NCBI GenBank assembly: GCA_009103225.1
Contig: RHPI01002949.1
Span: forward strand, 1-41,936
Direction of reading: 5' to 3'
Length of the DNA: 41,936 nucleotides
Source: Chlorokybus atmophyticus
Taxonomy: Eukaryota > Plantae > Mesostigma and Chlorokybus algae
Every line of letters begins with the position of its first letter. Positions within the stretch are counted from its first letter, which is position 1. Below are positions 11,900 through 24,815 of this stretch, one piece after another. Under the pieces are notes generated by a model. That model was not told where the DNA came from and ran no database searches. It was given only the letters and a program-made list of their open reading frames with translations. The position numbers and the translations under genes were made by a program.

Positions 11900-13426
11900 C
11901 TAGTAGCCACCGCACACTTATGCACAAAACAAAGGACTTACAACTCCAGCTAGGAGGAAGTCTAGCAACACAACTTGTGTGCTAAGTACCACTTGGTACA
12001 ACGGCAAGACACCACGGGAGCAGCCCAGCAGCTCCGCACCAAGGAGGAAGAGGATGACCACACGCCCCTCCACTCAGCTCCAATCCCAGACACACACATG
12101 CACCTAAGGTGGCGCACACATACACAACATCACACCCCACAAGGGATGTGAGGGAGAGCCCCTCTAACAGCTCCAAAGCAGGCACCCCCCACACAAGTTA
12201 GTTCTCGTAGGGCACCTCACATGATGATGCAAATCGTCAGCTTACACAAGCTTATATACTTCACTTGTTGCTCTCCGACCTGATACACAATGTCTAAGGC
12301 CAACAAGGCCTTGTCATTGTGCGCTAACCTATACACATGACAATTCCCTACATAGGGATCGTTAAACTCCACCTCGGGAGTATCAATGAGATTATCGCGG
12401 AAACATCAATATATACAGGGTACTGTTCTTGAGCTAACAAGTCCAACATTGGACTTGTCCCATCACAGGATTGGGGTACCTAGGCTTATTCGGAATGTCC
12501 CACACAGGACACTGTGTGACACGATATGCCATTAGCAGCTTACTACTGTGTGTAGCGGACACGCAATGGCAGACATCGTCAAACAAACGTGAACCACGAT
12601 TAACAGCTCACAACTGTCTCAGGGTCACCATGATTGGCAATCATTGTTACACGGTGGTGTGACATCATGATACAAGGCTCACATGGCCAGGGTAGACAGT
12701 AATCAGCTATGTGCTACCACATATTAATGCCTTGTGTACTACTATGTCCGAGCGATCTAAGGAGGCAAGGACGTGTCCGTGTGGTTCAACCTGCTAAGCA
12801 CTACACAGCTTGATAAGCGATAAGTCCATATGAACCACATAGTCCACATGTGTCACAACATTGACCTCTCAACTTACCTGCTGAGAGGGTCACAAACTTC
12901 TGCACAAGCAGCTGTACTTTACCACACACCTTGCTACCAGCAACAACCCACAAGGGAGTAGATGGGAGAGCACCCTTCAAAAGCTTCAGCCAGGCACCCT
13001 ACGAACGAGTAGTCTTGCAAGGCCAGTAACTCCCCCTTACCATCACAAGATGGTAGCCATGCCTTAATACTACCCGCTGCTCTCCGACCAGACACATAGA
13101 ATATCCGAGGCCAACACAACCTCGCCACCTATGCGCTGACCTGTCAGCACAGGCTGACTCTGTCCACCCTCGGACACATCAACACAAGCAACACCCTTGG
13201 TGCCTTAGCGACTCTGTTTGACACTGACCAGTCCTGTATTTACTGGTAGACAATGCCTTATGTAGTAGCTAGGTCCTCATACACCAAGTGCATAGAACTG
13301 ACTTCATGAGCACGTATGCCAGGTGCTACATTCACCATGACTATACGAGATCCTCATTTAGTCCTTCTTACTTACCACATAAGTAAGAAATTGAGAGTGA
13401 CTTAAGCCAGTCCTTTGGGCGTGACA
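11900..13426 (-). mobile_element. 3' LTR-like region of the adjacent chromovirus, with degenerate internal repeats; left boundary uncertain
   Basis: The minus strand reads a polypurine tract GGGGAGGAA followed by TGTCACG starting at 13426. The block CCCCACAAGGGA..GGGAGAGC...AGGCACCC recurs at ~12135 and ~12947. Confidence 0.45.
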
Positions 13427-13572
13427 TTCCTCCCCACTTGCCTTGCAACTTCCACGTTGCAAACTGATGGAGCACAAGCCCCGCACGACAATTGCCAGCA
13501 AGGGTGGCCAACCCTTCTGAATCATCGCACACTACGCGTAGAACATGTGCAAGCCACGGGAGTGACAACCAA

Positions 13573-14880
13573 CTAAAATACTAAGTAACAGTGCGCGCAT
13601 GTTGGCATGTCACAGAAGAAATGTTGCACATTACAACTGAGCACAAGCTCCAGAGCACAAGCTCCTTCAAGTGGCACCTGTGGATTCGAGCTCACTCTTA
13701 AACTCTTCCAACTTAGCAGTACAGTTTTCCAAGTTAAAATTTGGCTCTCAGAGGTTATGCTCTTCATCATAACCCAGCCACTTTACAAGGTACTCTGTTT
13801 GGAAGCCCTTGATAAATCTCCCGAACCGCTTGCCAACAATGGCTTCCGATCTCATACTCAAGGTCGCCCTCCACCTCAACAGGAGGTGGAGGTGGCTGCA
13901 TTCTACCATTACTCTTGTATGGTTTGAGCAGCGCCTCATGAAACACATTGTGGACACGCATGCTCTTTGGCAATTCAAGCCTAAAGGCTCGTGTTCCCAC
14001 AGCTGCAGAGACAGTGAACGGCCCAAGCCACCTGGGCAGGAGCTTACGTACACCACTAGTTTTGAGCCCAATGTTTCTGGTGCTGAACAAGACCTTGTCC
14101 CCAACCTTCAAACCCTCTCCAGGGCTGCGCTGCCGATCAGCATACATCTTATGCCGATCTTGAGCTGCTCTCAGGCAGACTTTGGCACTAGCCAATGCAC
14201 CGTGTATCTGCTCTGTCAAGTCTCTAGCTGTAGGCACTTTGCAAAACGGCTGAACTTGCAGAGACATAGGCGTCACATGATGCCTAACATAGTTCAAACA
14301 GAACGGAGTGCTATGCAGTGATCCTTGCCATGCATTGTTCACCGCAAACCAAGCTAATGCCAGGTGCAAATGCCTGTCATTAAACCTGGGTGAAGTGTAG
14401 TGTCGCAACACGTCTTCCAACACCTGGTTTGCACTGTCGTGCCTTCCCTCATCATGGCATGAACTCGTCGTAAACCACCTACAAGTTGTCATGCATGTCC
14501 GCATGCTATTGTACACCATGAGACCATGTCATGCTGTCTCACGCACTATCTCTCGACATATGGTAGACACACATATGAAAGATGCGTGTCACCACCCCCT
14601 GCAGCTGAGCGCCAACGCCCTCGTGCGCCTGCAGCTGACTCACACGCTCATCGCGTAGTCCTCGTACACGCCGGACAGTACCATGCTCCATCAGGGATCT
14701 CCTCAAGTGGTGGACGAAGGCACTCCATGTGCTAACCGGCAACACACCTGTCGCATAGTAGCATGGTGTCCCAACCCTCTGAAAGAAGCGTGTCCCCTTG
14801 CAAAAGGTAGGCAAGACGATCACAACTTGACTTGCAATCAACTGTTCACTCGTGTAGAGCAGTCCAAACTCAATCCTCAC
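13573..14880 (-). mobile_element. Decayed Ty3/Gypsy chromovirus: integrase C-terminus and chromodomain, with frameshifts
   Basis: KLLPRWLGPF...AFRLELPKSMRVHNVFHEALLKPY (GPF motif) is followed in another frame by EAIVGKR...TEYLVKWLGYDEEHN (chromodomain). Confidence 0.85.
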
Positions 14881-17800
14881 TCAATGTACATGCTAAGGCA
14901 GCCCATACGGTGCATCAAAGTCGCAACAGTGACACACCCCTTCATGCACAGCAACGCACAGCAGCAAACACGTGCACACACCATACATGCAAGCATGTGC
15001 GCAAGCATCCGCTCAGCCAAGAACCTCTTCCCAAAGTTGTTGCTTGCACTCCAGTAGGCCAACTTGCATCCAACCAAACTAGGAAACAAGCTAGCAAAGC
15101 CTTATATACCACCGTTGAGCCCAAGCCCAACCAACTCTCCAACTAACCTAACTGTCAGTCTGCACCAGCATAGTAACAGTCATGATGGCGCTGATAAGTA
15201 ACGGTAGACGGTTAGGAAAGGCTTATTCAAGCTCATCCTCTTCAAGTACACTTCAAGGCGCATCTTTTTACGCCCACGGCCAAACCGCCACTCCAACTGT
15301 AAATTGTGGCTTCTAAAAGTCACAACTCCAAAACAGCTGCGCGGGATACCATAATGACTTAAATATGCTGTCAGCTTGGTATCTGACTGTAGATCCGCCT
15401 TGAACACACCTCCCTCACGTCCAAGAGGACCCAAACATGAGTTCCCAACAAAAACCCAACACATAAACCTTGGGCACCGATCTCTGGCCAGGTACCTCAT
15501 CTCATAGCAGGTTGTCATATTGCAGGGTGCGTGCTGTTGAATTACTACAAGTAGTAAGATCAGTATTAAGTTTTGGCACAAGGTCGTGTTAATTAAGGTT
15601 AAGCAAGCATGCTTTGGTGGTTTTCCATGCTCTCGTGTGTGGGGCTGTCAGATTGTTTTGGCAATGTGACTATACTCGCCTGTATGTATGTTACTTGCAA
15701 CATCTGTAAATACTTGCGACAAATCAGTTTGCATGAAATGTGATTGTGGTTTGTGATTAGAGCGGAGCCAACAAGCGCTACACGTAACAGCCATGTGTGC
15801 AGCAATGATGATGCATATGTTAAACTTCTGCTTGGTCGTTTGTGGGATGTTGCGAGACCATTGCTAAGGCGTTTGCAGCAGCGGCACGAACTACATGTAA
15901 CAATGGACATCCCACTTGCACGGGACTTGCGTGTGACATGCATCAGCACATGACATGCGTTCGTTATGTGCTTTTGCAATTTATAATCGTGTGTTAGGTG
16001 GGCAGCTGATGACTACCACAGAAGTTGAAATCTTCCCTTGTCGATGGATTTTAAGGGACTTGGTGGAGGAGTTCAAACAACATGTTGGCTTTATAGCATA
16101 GCAGTCCATGCCCTCAGTAGTACTGTTGCTACAGTATAAGCGATTCTGTGCAAGCGCCAGCGACCTGCACATTACGTATTCTAATTTTGCATTGAATGTC
16201 GTTGTTTTGGGTCACCACACTGTGTGCTTCAGCCTTAGAGCTGGCCCAGGCGGTTGCCCACCGCTTTCGTAGGCAGTTGACAAAGATGACTTGAATGACA
16301 CTCAGTTATTGCGCAAGCCACGATGGCAGCTGTTCAAGAATCTGATCCTGGTAATTGATTTCAGACCTAGCCATGTTCTTGCCTTCCGCTCACTTCTGCT
16401 GCTGCTGCTGCTGCGTGATTAGCGCATGCGCATGGTTGCAACGTATGCGCTTGCACCAACCACACATATTTTCGTCACCCATTTCACTTGCTGGTACCAC
16501 TGCACACGCGCATGAACGCACGCGCCTGTGTGCATGGCCATACAATCATGCATAGACATTGTGTCTGCCTGCAGTAAAACTATGGTGTCCAGTGCTGAAC
16601 TTCTCCTTTTGCAGGTCTGTATCTGGTCTGAACGCACGGCATCCTCAGCACTCTCCTCGGTGACCTTGCTCGTCCTCGGGGGGTCCTTGTTGTTGCGCTG
16701 CTGTGCTTGCGATAACAGCAAAGAAGACACAACAGGGCAACACTGATAACAACCGCAACAACCAGGAAGTTTGTGGCACATTAGGACCCTGGCAGCAAGC
16801 CCAATGCGTCTGTGACAATTTTGCAGCCAAGGTGTGTACGTAGTATGTTGCAATTGTAGCAGAACATGCCACTTCACTGAATGTACTCACAGCTGCATGA
16901 ACACCTTTCTACTTGTAGGTGGATGCTATTGAGTACATGCGTTAGCGCTCCTCGTAGCTGCCCAGTTCCTACATTCGTGCATTGCGCCCCCACTTGCAGC
17001 AATGCACTGAACTGCCATTGGGGCAGGTGGCACCTACTTGAGTCAGGAGCTGTCAAGTTCCACACCCGAGCACAAGCACAGTCCAATACATTATACATGG
17101 GTAGATGACAAGTAAACGGTAGCATGCCATGAACATGATTTCAACATGTATATTGCTGTATGGTATCCATGGCTTTCTTGCACTGTCAACATGCATGTAC
17201 AAAAACATTCACATTGATCGCGCATGGTAAATTTTGGACGTTTGCGTTGATCTAGGAGATGCAACTGTTTGTTACATCAGCTTGATTATTGCTAATATCA
17301 AATTGTATGTTGACGCTCATCAAGGCGGTGCTCTCGACATTCGTGTTGATACGATCAACATTGGATGTTGATAGTATCAGCGTAAATATTGATATTTTAG
17401 ATAGTTGAAAGGCCACTGGGCGATTTGTAGTGGTGTGCTTCACTGCACCTGCGGGCTGCCGGCAGCACACTCTATATGATACGCAGCTTCATGGCCGTCT
17501 CAGCATGCCAATCCATTATCTTGAGGCCCGAGTCGGGCAGCGTGCGGGCGGCATAGCTCGCACGTCTGTCACTTGCACGCACGGAGCACAAAGCTTGTAC
17601 CGTCACACCATGATGGTCATGCGCGACCACATCATCGTCCCATGTGAGCGACAAGAGGCATTATAGGTTCTCTCACCTCCGGCACATTCTCCGTCAGCCA
17701 TCCGAGCTTGATTGCGCTGAAGTACGTGCTGACGGGCAAGGCAGCGACCTCCCGGAAAGACGATGGCATTGTGCAAGGGGCTTCCCAGTAACCTCAGCAT

Positions 17801-18221
17801 TGTCATTGCTTGTTGTCACGAAGCAGCTTGCCTGAACACATCGTGCTGTGTCGTAATGACAGCAGCATCAGTGTTGTGTTGCTACTACCATACCACCATC
17901 ACACTGATGTGTTGTTATGCAAACCAACATCTGTATGTGTGTCTCAACAAAGGTCAAACACAACACACATGCTTAGCTGCTGACACAAGGGCGTTATATA
18001 TACCGCCTGCAGCCTACCGTGCAGGTGAAACAACTCGCCATGCAGAGGGATGTTCACCTCATCCCACACAACAGGGGGTCTCCCTCTCGTTCGCAATGCC
18101 CACCGCTCGACGTCTTTTTGCAGCTGAAGCAGAGTACTCTGAACTCGAACAACAGAGTACTCATGAGTTTTCCAAGAGGAGGAGCTGAAGCAGGGAGGCC
18201 CGCACAACGGCGGCATGCTGA

Positions 18222-18374
18222 TGGATAGCCGCATGCGCGCCCCGTGCCGGCGAGCTCATCCGCATGCATATGCCCAAGCTGGCTGAGACCTTCCGCACGC
18301 TTGTGCAGGAAGAGGGCAAACACGGCTTCCATAAAGGCATGATGAGAGACAGCTTCGTTGGCGTGCACGCGTGA
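18222..18374 (+). other. Short isolated frame weakly resembling one mitochondrial-carrier repeat signature
   Basis: It reads ETFRTLVQEEGKHGFHKG against the consensus FRxIxxEEGxxGxYKG. It is only 50 codons between stops and has no partner exons. Confidence 0.2.
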
Positions 18375-18768
18375 AGCGGTCATGCACCCTTCCTTTGTCA
18401 CAATGTGTAGTACACATGTACATGTGTGCTACACATGTGTGCGTGCAGGTGTCACACCATGTATGCACAGGTGTAGTACACCTGTGCATGCATGTATGCA
18501 CACATGTGCACAAAGAACCTCCCATGCGTGCGCATATGCGTGTATATGGGCATGCGCACGCCTGTTCCTAAGCTGGATGTGTGCTTTGGGCAAGTAATGC
18601 GCACATATGGTAGTATGTGCGCCCATATTGCTCCCTCTCCCTCATGAAGTTGCGTGGCGCGGAGCTGCGTGATGGAGCTGTCGGACCATGCGGAGCATAC
18701 CACTGAGATTGGGCAACCCATCTGCACACGCTACAGAGGTATGTGTGTGTGCGCGTGTGCGTGTGCGC

Positions 18769-18801
<33 letters not shown>

Positions 18802-18969
18802 CATGGATTCATGGTCATGAGTTGGTAACGCAGCTGGACATATGGGAGGTGCTGCCTCCCACACGTGCACGCAGGGGCTGGCCGCTCGCTTGATACCAGC
18901 TTGCTGCTCAGCACCCTTGGCATACTGCATGAGTCATGCAGTATGCCAAGGGTGACCTAAACCTAGACC

Positions 18970-21280
18970 CTTGCAAGACGACATGTATATACTGGAGCAC
19001 CCGGTTGCAAAACGCCCTTCTATGTGGTGTGAAGAAACTTGGTACGCGACCGTCTGTTCGCAGTTGTTTGATTGCGCACATAATCTAACACCAGCTGACT
19101 TTTGTGCAGATCGTATTATCATACAAGAGCGACAAATGCAACAAGGCCTATGTGGAGTTTTGTGCTGCTGTAGACCAGGCGCATGGTGATGTCTTCAAAG
19201 AGATAGACCTTGAGATTTAGATGCATGTTGAAGGGAGCTTCTGGTACCAATACCAACTTGACGAAGCTGTAGTAATACCTGTTACGCCCTTCTGAGCCAG
19301 TTTGCATAAGGCAGTTCTGCGAGTTTCCGAGCCCGAACGCTTAAGAGTTGTTCGCAGTACTAGACCGTGCACGTCCAGCCACTGATCCATGATTAGATCT
19401 CTTAATGACACACAATTTCTATCCCGCATGCCTCGACAAGGTTGAGCGCAGACTGCTACACCCATAGGAGCGCAATTATACAGCCTAACAAGTGCTGTGA
19501 CAAACGTTACACAGCCCCAATGTGGCTTTCACATTCTGCCAGTTGCTCTCTGGCTGTGCGTTCACACAGTCCAAACAACGCTCTTCACGGCGTGTACACT
19601 AGGTGTATATCGCGGGCCGCATGGTGACGACCAAAATAATTGGTGTGCATGCAACCGCATCACCCCTGTCACAGGCTACCAACATTTTGCACAGCTACTC
19701 TCAGTTCGTTGAGGCTATCCAAAAGCGAAGCAACACTGGCTGACTACAGTCGCTGCTGCGGCTATGCACATAAGCCAGTCCTGTTGCTGTAGGCTTGGTG
19801 TAGGCTTGTTGGTGTAGGCAGAGTGGCCAGCGCAAGAACTATTCACAAGGCACGAAACACACGCTGGGAATGCTGGTCGAGTCTGTCACTTGAACATTTA
19901 CTGTACTTGGCATGCTGCATCCTTGGGAGCATGACGCAAGCACACAATGCAAACACAGCATTGAGCATGGTAGACGTAACGGTGCTGTCAACTGCATGCG
20001 CAAATGGTTGGCCTGGGGAAGAGCAACATCAAATACTAGCATGTGTTGGAAAACGCACCCTTCACATACTACATACATAGCATAGACAAAACCACTAACT
20101 TAAGACTCAAGCGCTACACGCTACCACTGAACATTCACACATGCAGTTATGCACACACAGCTCTACGCGCAAGTTCTCCAACCACACTCTCACAGACGTG
20201 TATACGCTCTCTCACTGGCACGCTCATGCACTCTCACTTTTACTGGCTCATATTCACAAATTTGCAGGCATTCTCTTCAACACACGCCCAGCAAGCAGAA
20301 TCCGCCAACAATGTTTTGCGACAAGACATGCATGTCCGCTCAAACGTACTCTTTTAACAGACAATGATGACTATAATAAGGAGAACTTTGAGGAGTGCAG
20401 ACCAGCTGTTTGCGTGCAAGTGGGGTTGAGAGAATGAGACGCAGGAGAGGGAAGGCGGAAGCAGCGGAGTGGGAGCCAAACTGAGCTGCATCAATGCTGG
20501 TAAGGTGGAGGTGGAGGAAGCCACCGGCCCGGCGGCGAGAATAACGCATGTTTACTCCACGGCGATGACAAAAAAGCTGCCGCCGCTCCCGCCCACAAGG
20601 ACAAGCTGATGATGAGCCTAGTGGCTTAGTTATCATCAGCGAGACAGGGTTTGTTGGCGGCGGCGACGGCGGCGCATGAGAAGGAGGCAGTGGGTTTACG
20701 CTAGGTGTGTGGCAATTACTGCTGATTTTCATGGTATGTAGCAGACTCAACCTGCCGTCTTTCCATCTCTCTCTCCCGCCCCCAATCCTGTCTATTGCTT
20801 TCTCGTGCATGCGCATTGCTGAACCTTCATGTGTGCTGCTGTCTCTCTTAGTACACACATACACACGGTACACCACCACAGCCCTTTTGCAAGCATACGC
20901 ATGCGCGCTCTTAAACACACGCACCTGCCTGCATGCGCACTGGCAGTTGTAATGTCAAGCAGACAGCAAATCTAAGTCGCCGACTCTCAAGAAAACAAAT
21001 TCAATCCCATGCTTTCTCTGGGCCCCATTGCTTGTGGTAAGTCTAACCGTCACTGATTACTAATCTGGACTGGGTACCTTCGCACTTGTACGCACTACCG
21101 CCAAACATTGTGCTGATTGTACTGTGTGGGAGTCTCTTCTACCCGCATTAGTACACATTGTGCACGTGCGAGTACAGTGCGTGTTGCCTACATGACATAT
21201 TATGTGTACTTGGGTAGCAGCATTCATTCACAGCATTCACCAACAACTGCACATCACGTGTGCACGACAAAGGGGGTTGA
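18970..21280 (+). repeat. Diverged segmental duplication, copy 2 (copy 1 at ~2985-5410)
   Basis: Same colinear blocks as copy 1. Both copies show a donor-like site at the equivalent position (TTCCTTG|GTAAAT 4811 vs TTTCATG|GTATGT 20734). Confidence 0.75.
19110..19295 (+). pseudogene. Possible decayed TIR/SEFIR N-terminal exon
   Basis: After a TTTTGTGCAG acceptor it reads IVLSYKSD...YVEF...DVFKEID..*..GSFWYQYQLDEAVVIPV, loosely like VFISYS.D...V...DV.LD...W...QL.EA..VI.V. It has one in-frame TAG. The match is weak. Confidence 0.25.
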
Positions 21281-24099
21281 AGCTACATGCCTCACACGCT
21301 GGTTTATGCGTGATGAGGCAGATGCGAGTGGGCGTGCGGGTGGGCGTCGGACGGGGTCGTGGCAGCCCAGGTATATGGTGGCGCAATGTTGGTGACAAGA
21401 GTGATGAGGTGGGTTGACGGCTAGCGGAATGCGTGATTCTGTCATTGTCGTTGTCGCTGTGCTGTTACGTACATTGAGACTCTACTTCAGCCAGCGCTGC
21501 ATTGTGACATGTACTAGACGTTGTTGTTGTTGGTGGTGTTTATAGCAGGTTTACAGCCTGTGGATTTGCATAAGCTTCACATGTGGACAATACTTGTCTC
21601 AATGGTCTCAATTCGCACCCACCAACAGTTGACTCGCAGGTAATTGTTCTGATACATACGTGGACATATGACTAATGTGTGCAATTGCACTTGGAGTGGC
21701 TGTTAGTGGAGTATTTGAATGTTTCACAAGTGTAGCAACCATCGCATCATCCTCAATTACTAGCTCAGATTGCCACGCTTTCAATAACTTACTCAATAAA
21801 TTACTGACTATTACAGGTGGTGAGTTGTAGAGTTGACTGATGGTTTCTGGATGTGTTCATGGGACGCTCACCCAAATGTCTGTTTTAACCACCCAACAAT
21901 GACAACGTGCATGCTTGATAATGACCCACTTTGTTGGAATGCAGAGTTGGAAAACGTCACTGCACTCTGATCCAACAACTTGTATTTGTCCAGGATTGAT
22001 ATAACTGGTACGAGTGCTACTAATCTGCTGATCTGTTACATTCATAACTAACATCAAGCCAACGGTACATGTACTTGGTCACACAATTGCTACAACAAAT
22101 GTTGATGCAATGGTGGAAGGCGACCTGCAGTGTCGGCTGCTGTTGTTGTTGTTGTCGTTGTGTAGTCCACGTGCATGTACATTGACACGCTCATGCGCAC
22201 ACGCGCACACACATTATGAGAAATCAACTCACATTTCAAGGCGTTTTATATCACCATTTTGTGACCATTTCCAAGCTGCTTACAACTGAACTTTCAACAT
22301 CTAAATCCAGCCTCATACCTGTGGCAAAAGCTTTTGCACGAAAACTATAAACCATAGATGTTGAGCAAGTAGTGACAGACGCAAGGCAGTTGCCAGCCAG
22401 CACCTACCAGTCACCTGCAATAGGACATGTTGTAGATGCCCGTACGCAGCATAACATGCACGCGAAAGTGTATGGTGGCCGCGGAACGCAGGGTTGCCAT
22501 AATTGTATTAGAGACATCATCATTGGTGATGGAGAATACGACAGCAACGAGGTGGCTGCTGTCATGCTGTCAGCAGCATGTCTGCAAGCAGTGATGTGAC
22601 AGCTTTCATGCAGAACTCAAATCACGAGGACCAATCACTACTTGGTGCGTCAATGCCTACTTCTATCTACTGCTATCTTCAATTGTCAAGCCACTCGTAC
22701 CTGCAGACACCTCGCAGCGTCACAAGGATTGATGACTTTGACAACCTTGTCTGCAGGAGCATGGCTCAGTGACACTTATGTCAGCAAACACGCGCAGCCC
22801 AATCCAAACAGCAGAAGGTATAGCGCACCGTGTTTGCAGCCAACGCTAGCTTTTGCGCTGCGCAGCCGGCTGGCGGGGCGGAGGGCGTAGCTGCTCCAAC
22901 AGTTAGCGGCTTGCACCACTCATCTCCAGCAACAGACAGCTCCAGCTGCATGACGGCTCAGCTCCGCCCCACTCACTCCGCCGCCAATCTCTAGCACACA
23001 GTGTACGGGCATTCAGGGCTCCTCTGTCGCATAGCGTCTTAACGGCTCGCTTATTCAAACCCAAACACCAGAGCCCATACTGCAAGTTGTAACAAAGACT
23101 TTGTCAGAAGACGACACTATTCTGTAACCTACCGGTATCTCGTTCTTTTGGACCCGGAGACATGTTTCAAGTCGCATGCAGCCGATGAGACGAAGTCAAA
23201 TGCTTGCCGCAAGACTTTCTCCTACCTCTCATAAACGGAATGCTCGCGTTAAGGTGAGCCAGCTTGTTGACGCTGTGGGCGGGAGGGAGGAGGGGGCGGG
23301 CGGCGACGCTGCCGTTCCGCTGAAGGGGTAAGGGTATGGGCAACTTGCGCCTGTAGGAAGGGGCGCTGCGGTAGGTTGACGAGGTTGCTGGCTGGCTGGG
23401 TCAGCAAGGAGGCGCTGTCATTGCTCCGGAGTTGGTGTCTGTCTCAAGCTATAGAGCTTGTTGCTGGAGCAGGGAAGCCTGAAGCCTAAGCCTGGTAAGA
23501 GGTTGTTGTGACCTGCTAGCCAGAAGGTGCAAGACGCCATCAGTGCTGCCTGTTTATGAACAGGCAGCACTGATACATAATTATGTACCGACCAGTGCAA
23601 CAGCTTGCTCAAGCTGGCTTACATGCATGCACATATACCGGCGTAGCACTGTACTGCTTGGGTTTCTTGCTCCACCCTGGCCGCTGCAGCAAGTAGTTAG
23701 CTTTTAAAATTTGTAATGTTGTTGCTGTTGCTTAATGTGAGCGCTCACGTTTAGCCATGCTGTAAACATGTCCGTAAGCAGTCGCTGCCATCATGCTCGC
23801 CAGCTGAACTGACTCGTGCCAGTCCGAGTCACCACAGCTTGGCTGGGCTGGTGCTTGGTTTGGGGCAGCTTAGCTAACACACATTGAGTAAGTCTGCATT
23901 CAATTTTAGTTGCAGGAGCGTTTGCACTGCTGCGGGGTGTTGCAACATATCCGCTCTAAGCAATGGGGATCAATTGAACAGTGAACTGAACATCAATGCT
24001 AATACCCTCTGGCATGCGCAGTGCCCAAGTCCGCTGTACAAAGGGGAAGGAGCAAGAGCAAGAGCGCATGCATGCGTGGGGCTTATTACAACCAAACAG

Positions 24100-24815
24100 A
24101 TGGCTGAACCAGTGCCTCCCTGGCCCAGCATCCTCGCCTATCTGGTCGGCTTGCTCGGGTTCTTGTTTGGACTGTATGCTTCTGTGCGCAACAGGGAAGA
24201 TGCTCGAAACAGGCAGGCAGCAGAGCTGTCTATGAAGTACAATGGTCTTGATGACGCGATGGATGTTAGCAAGCAGTACCAGGACGAACAGGACTACTAT
24301 GTTGGCTTAAAAAGAACCGGCCACCACAGATTGAGAGAGCTCGGGGTAAAGTGAAAAACTTTTGGGATCGGGTTACAACGCAGTACGAGCGCGGTTCCAG
24401 CCCAGAGGACATTCTTTCTTCAACAAGCGACTGGCTCGCAAGAGGCAACAACTATCGGTTGCTGGTGGAGCTCATCGACATTGCCAGCTGGTATTCTCCA
24501 AAGGGTGCAAATTTTTATGCCTCCACCGGCAAGCATTACCTTCGTCTCTCGGTTGCTGAGGCTGTTGTGCGGCCGCGGCGTTATTACCTGCTGGAGCAGG
24601 CATACCGCAATGCGTACCCTGAGAACACTAAGAGCTCAGTCGACTACGCACTGAAGGAGCTCGTCATTGCTGGGGTGAGAGGGGCCCGGAAACCTGATGA
24701 TGACCTCAGGCAGGAGGCTCATCGGCTCTCCGATGAGAAAGCGGGAACATCAACGTCACTTTGCAAGCTGTCAAGGAGGATGAGGCTCATTTGGGTAGTA
24801 ATCCTATCTCTCTGA
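24100..24815 (+). CDS. Intronless single-transmembrane + EP-domain gene with one frameshift at ~24345-24354 (pseudogene or assembly error)
   Basis: The N-terminus has a hydrophobic helix (PSILAYLVGLLGFLFGLYASV), then DDAMD...QDYY. After the shift it reads VKNFWDRV...SPEDIL...DWLARGNNYRLLVELIDIASWY...KHYL...RPRRYYLLEQAY, colinear with the EP domain at 6001-6637. CAG|ATG at 24100 could also be a splice acceptor. Confidence 0.75.

Noticed and set aside
17360-17420. Ulp1-protease-like HWMLIV...ILDS fragments; a similar HW motif occurs near 8600-8660 on the minus strand
   Set aside because: It requires frameshifts and stops, the matches are too short, and no catalytic QxxxxDCG was found.
23125-23250. 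Possible structured ncRNA upstream of a GC-rich tract
   Set aside because: No recognisable snRNA, snoRNA or tRNA signature. It would need an Infernal/Rfam scan.
24351-24354. GTGA start/stop overlap resembling bacterial translational coupling of two genes
   Set aside because: Both frames align continuously to one EP domain in the paralog, so it is a frameshift within one gene.
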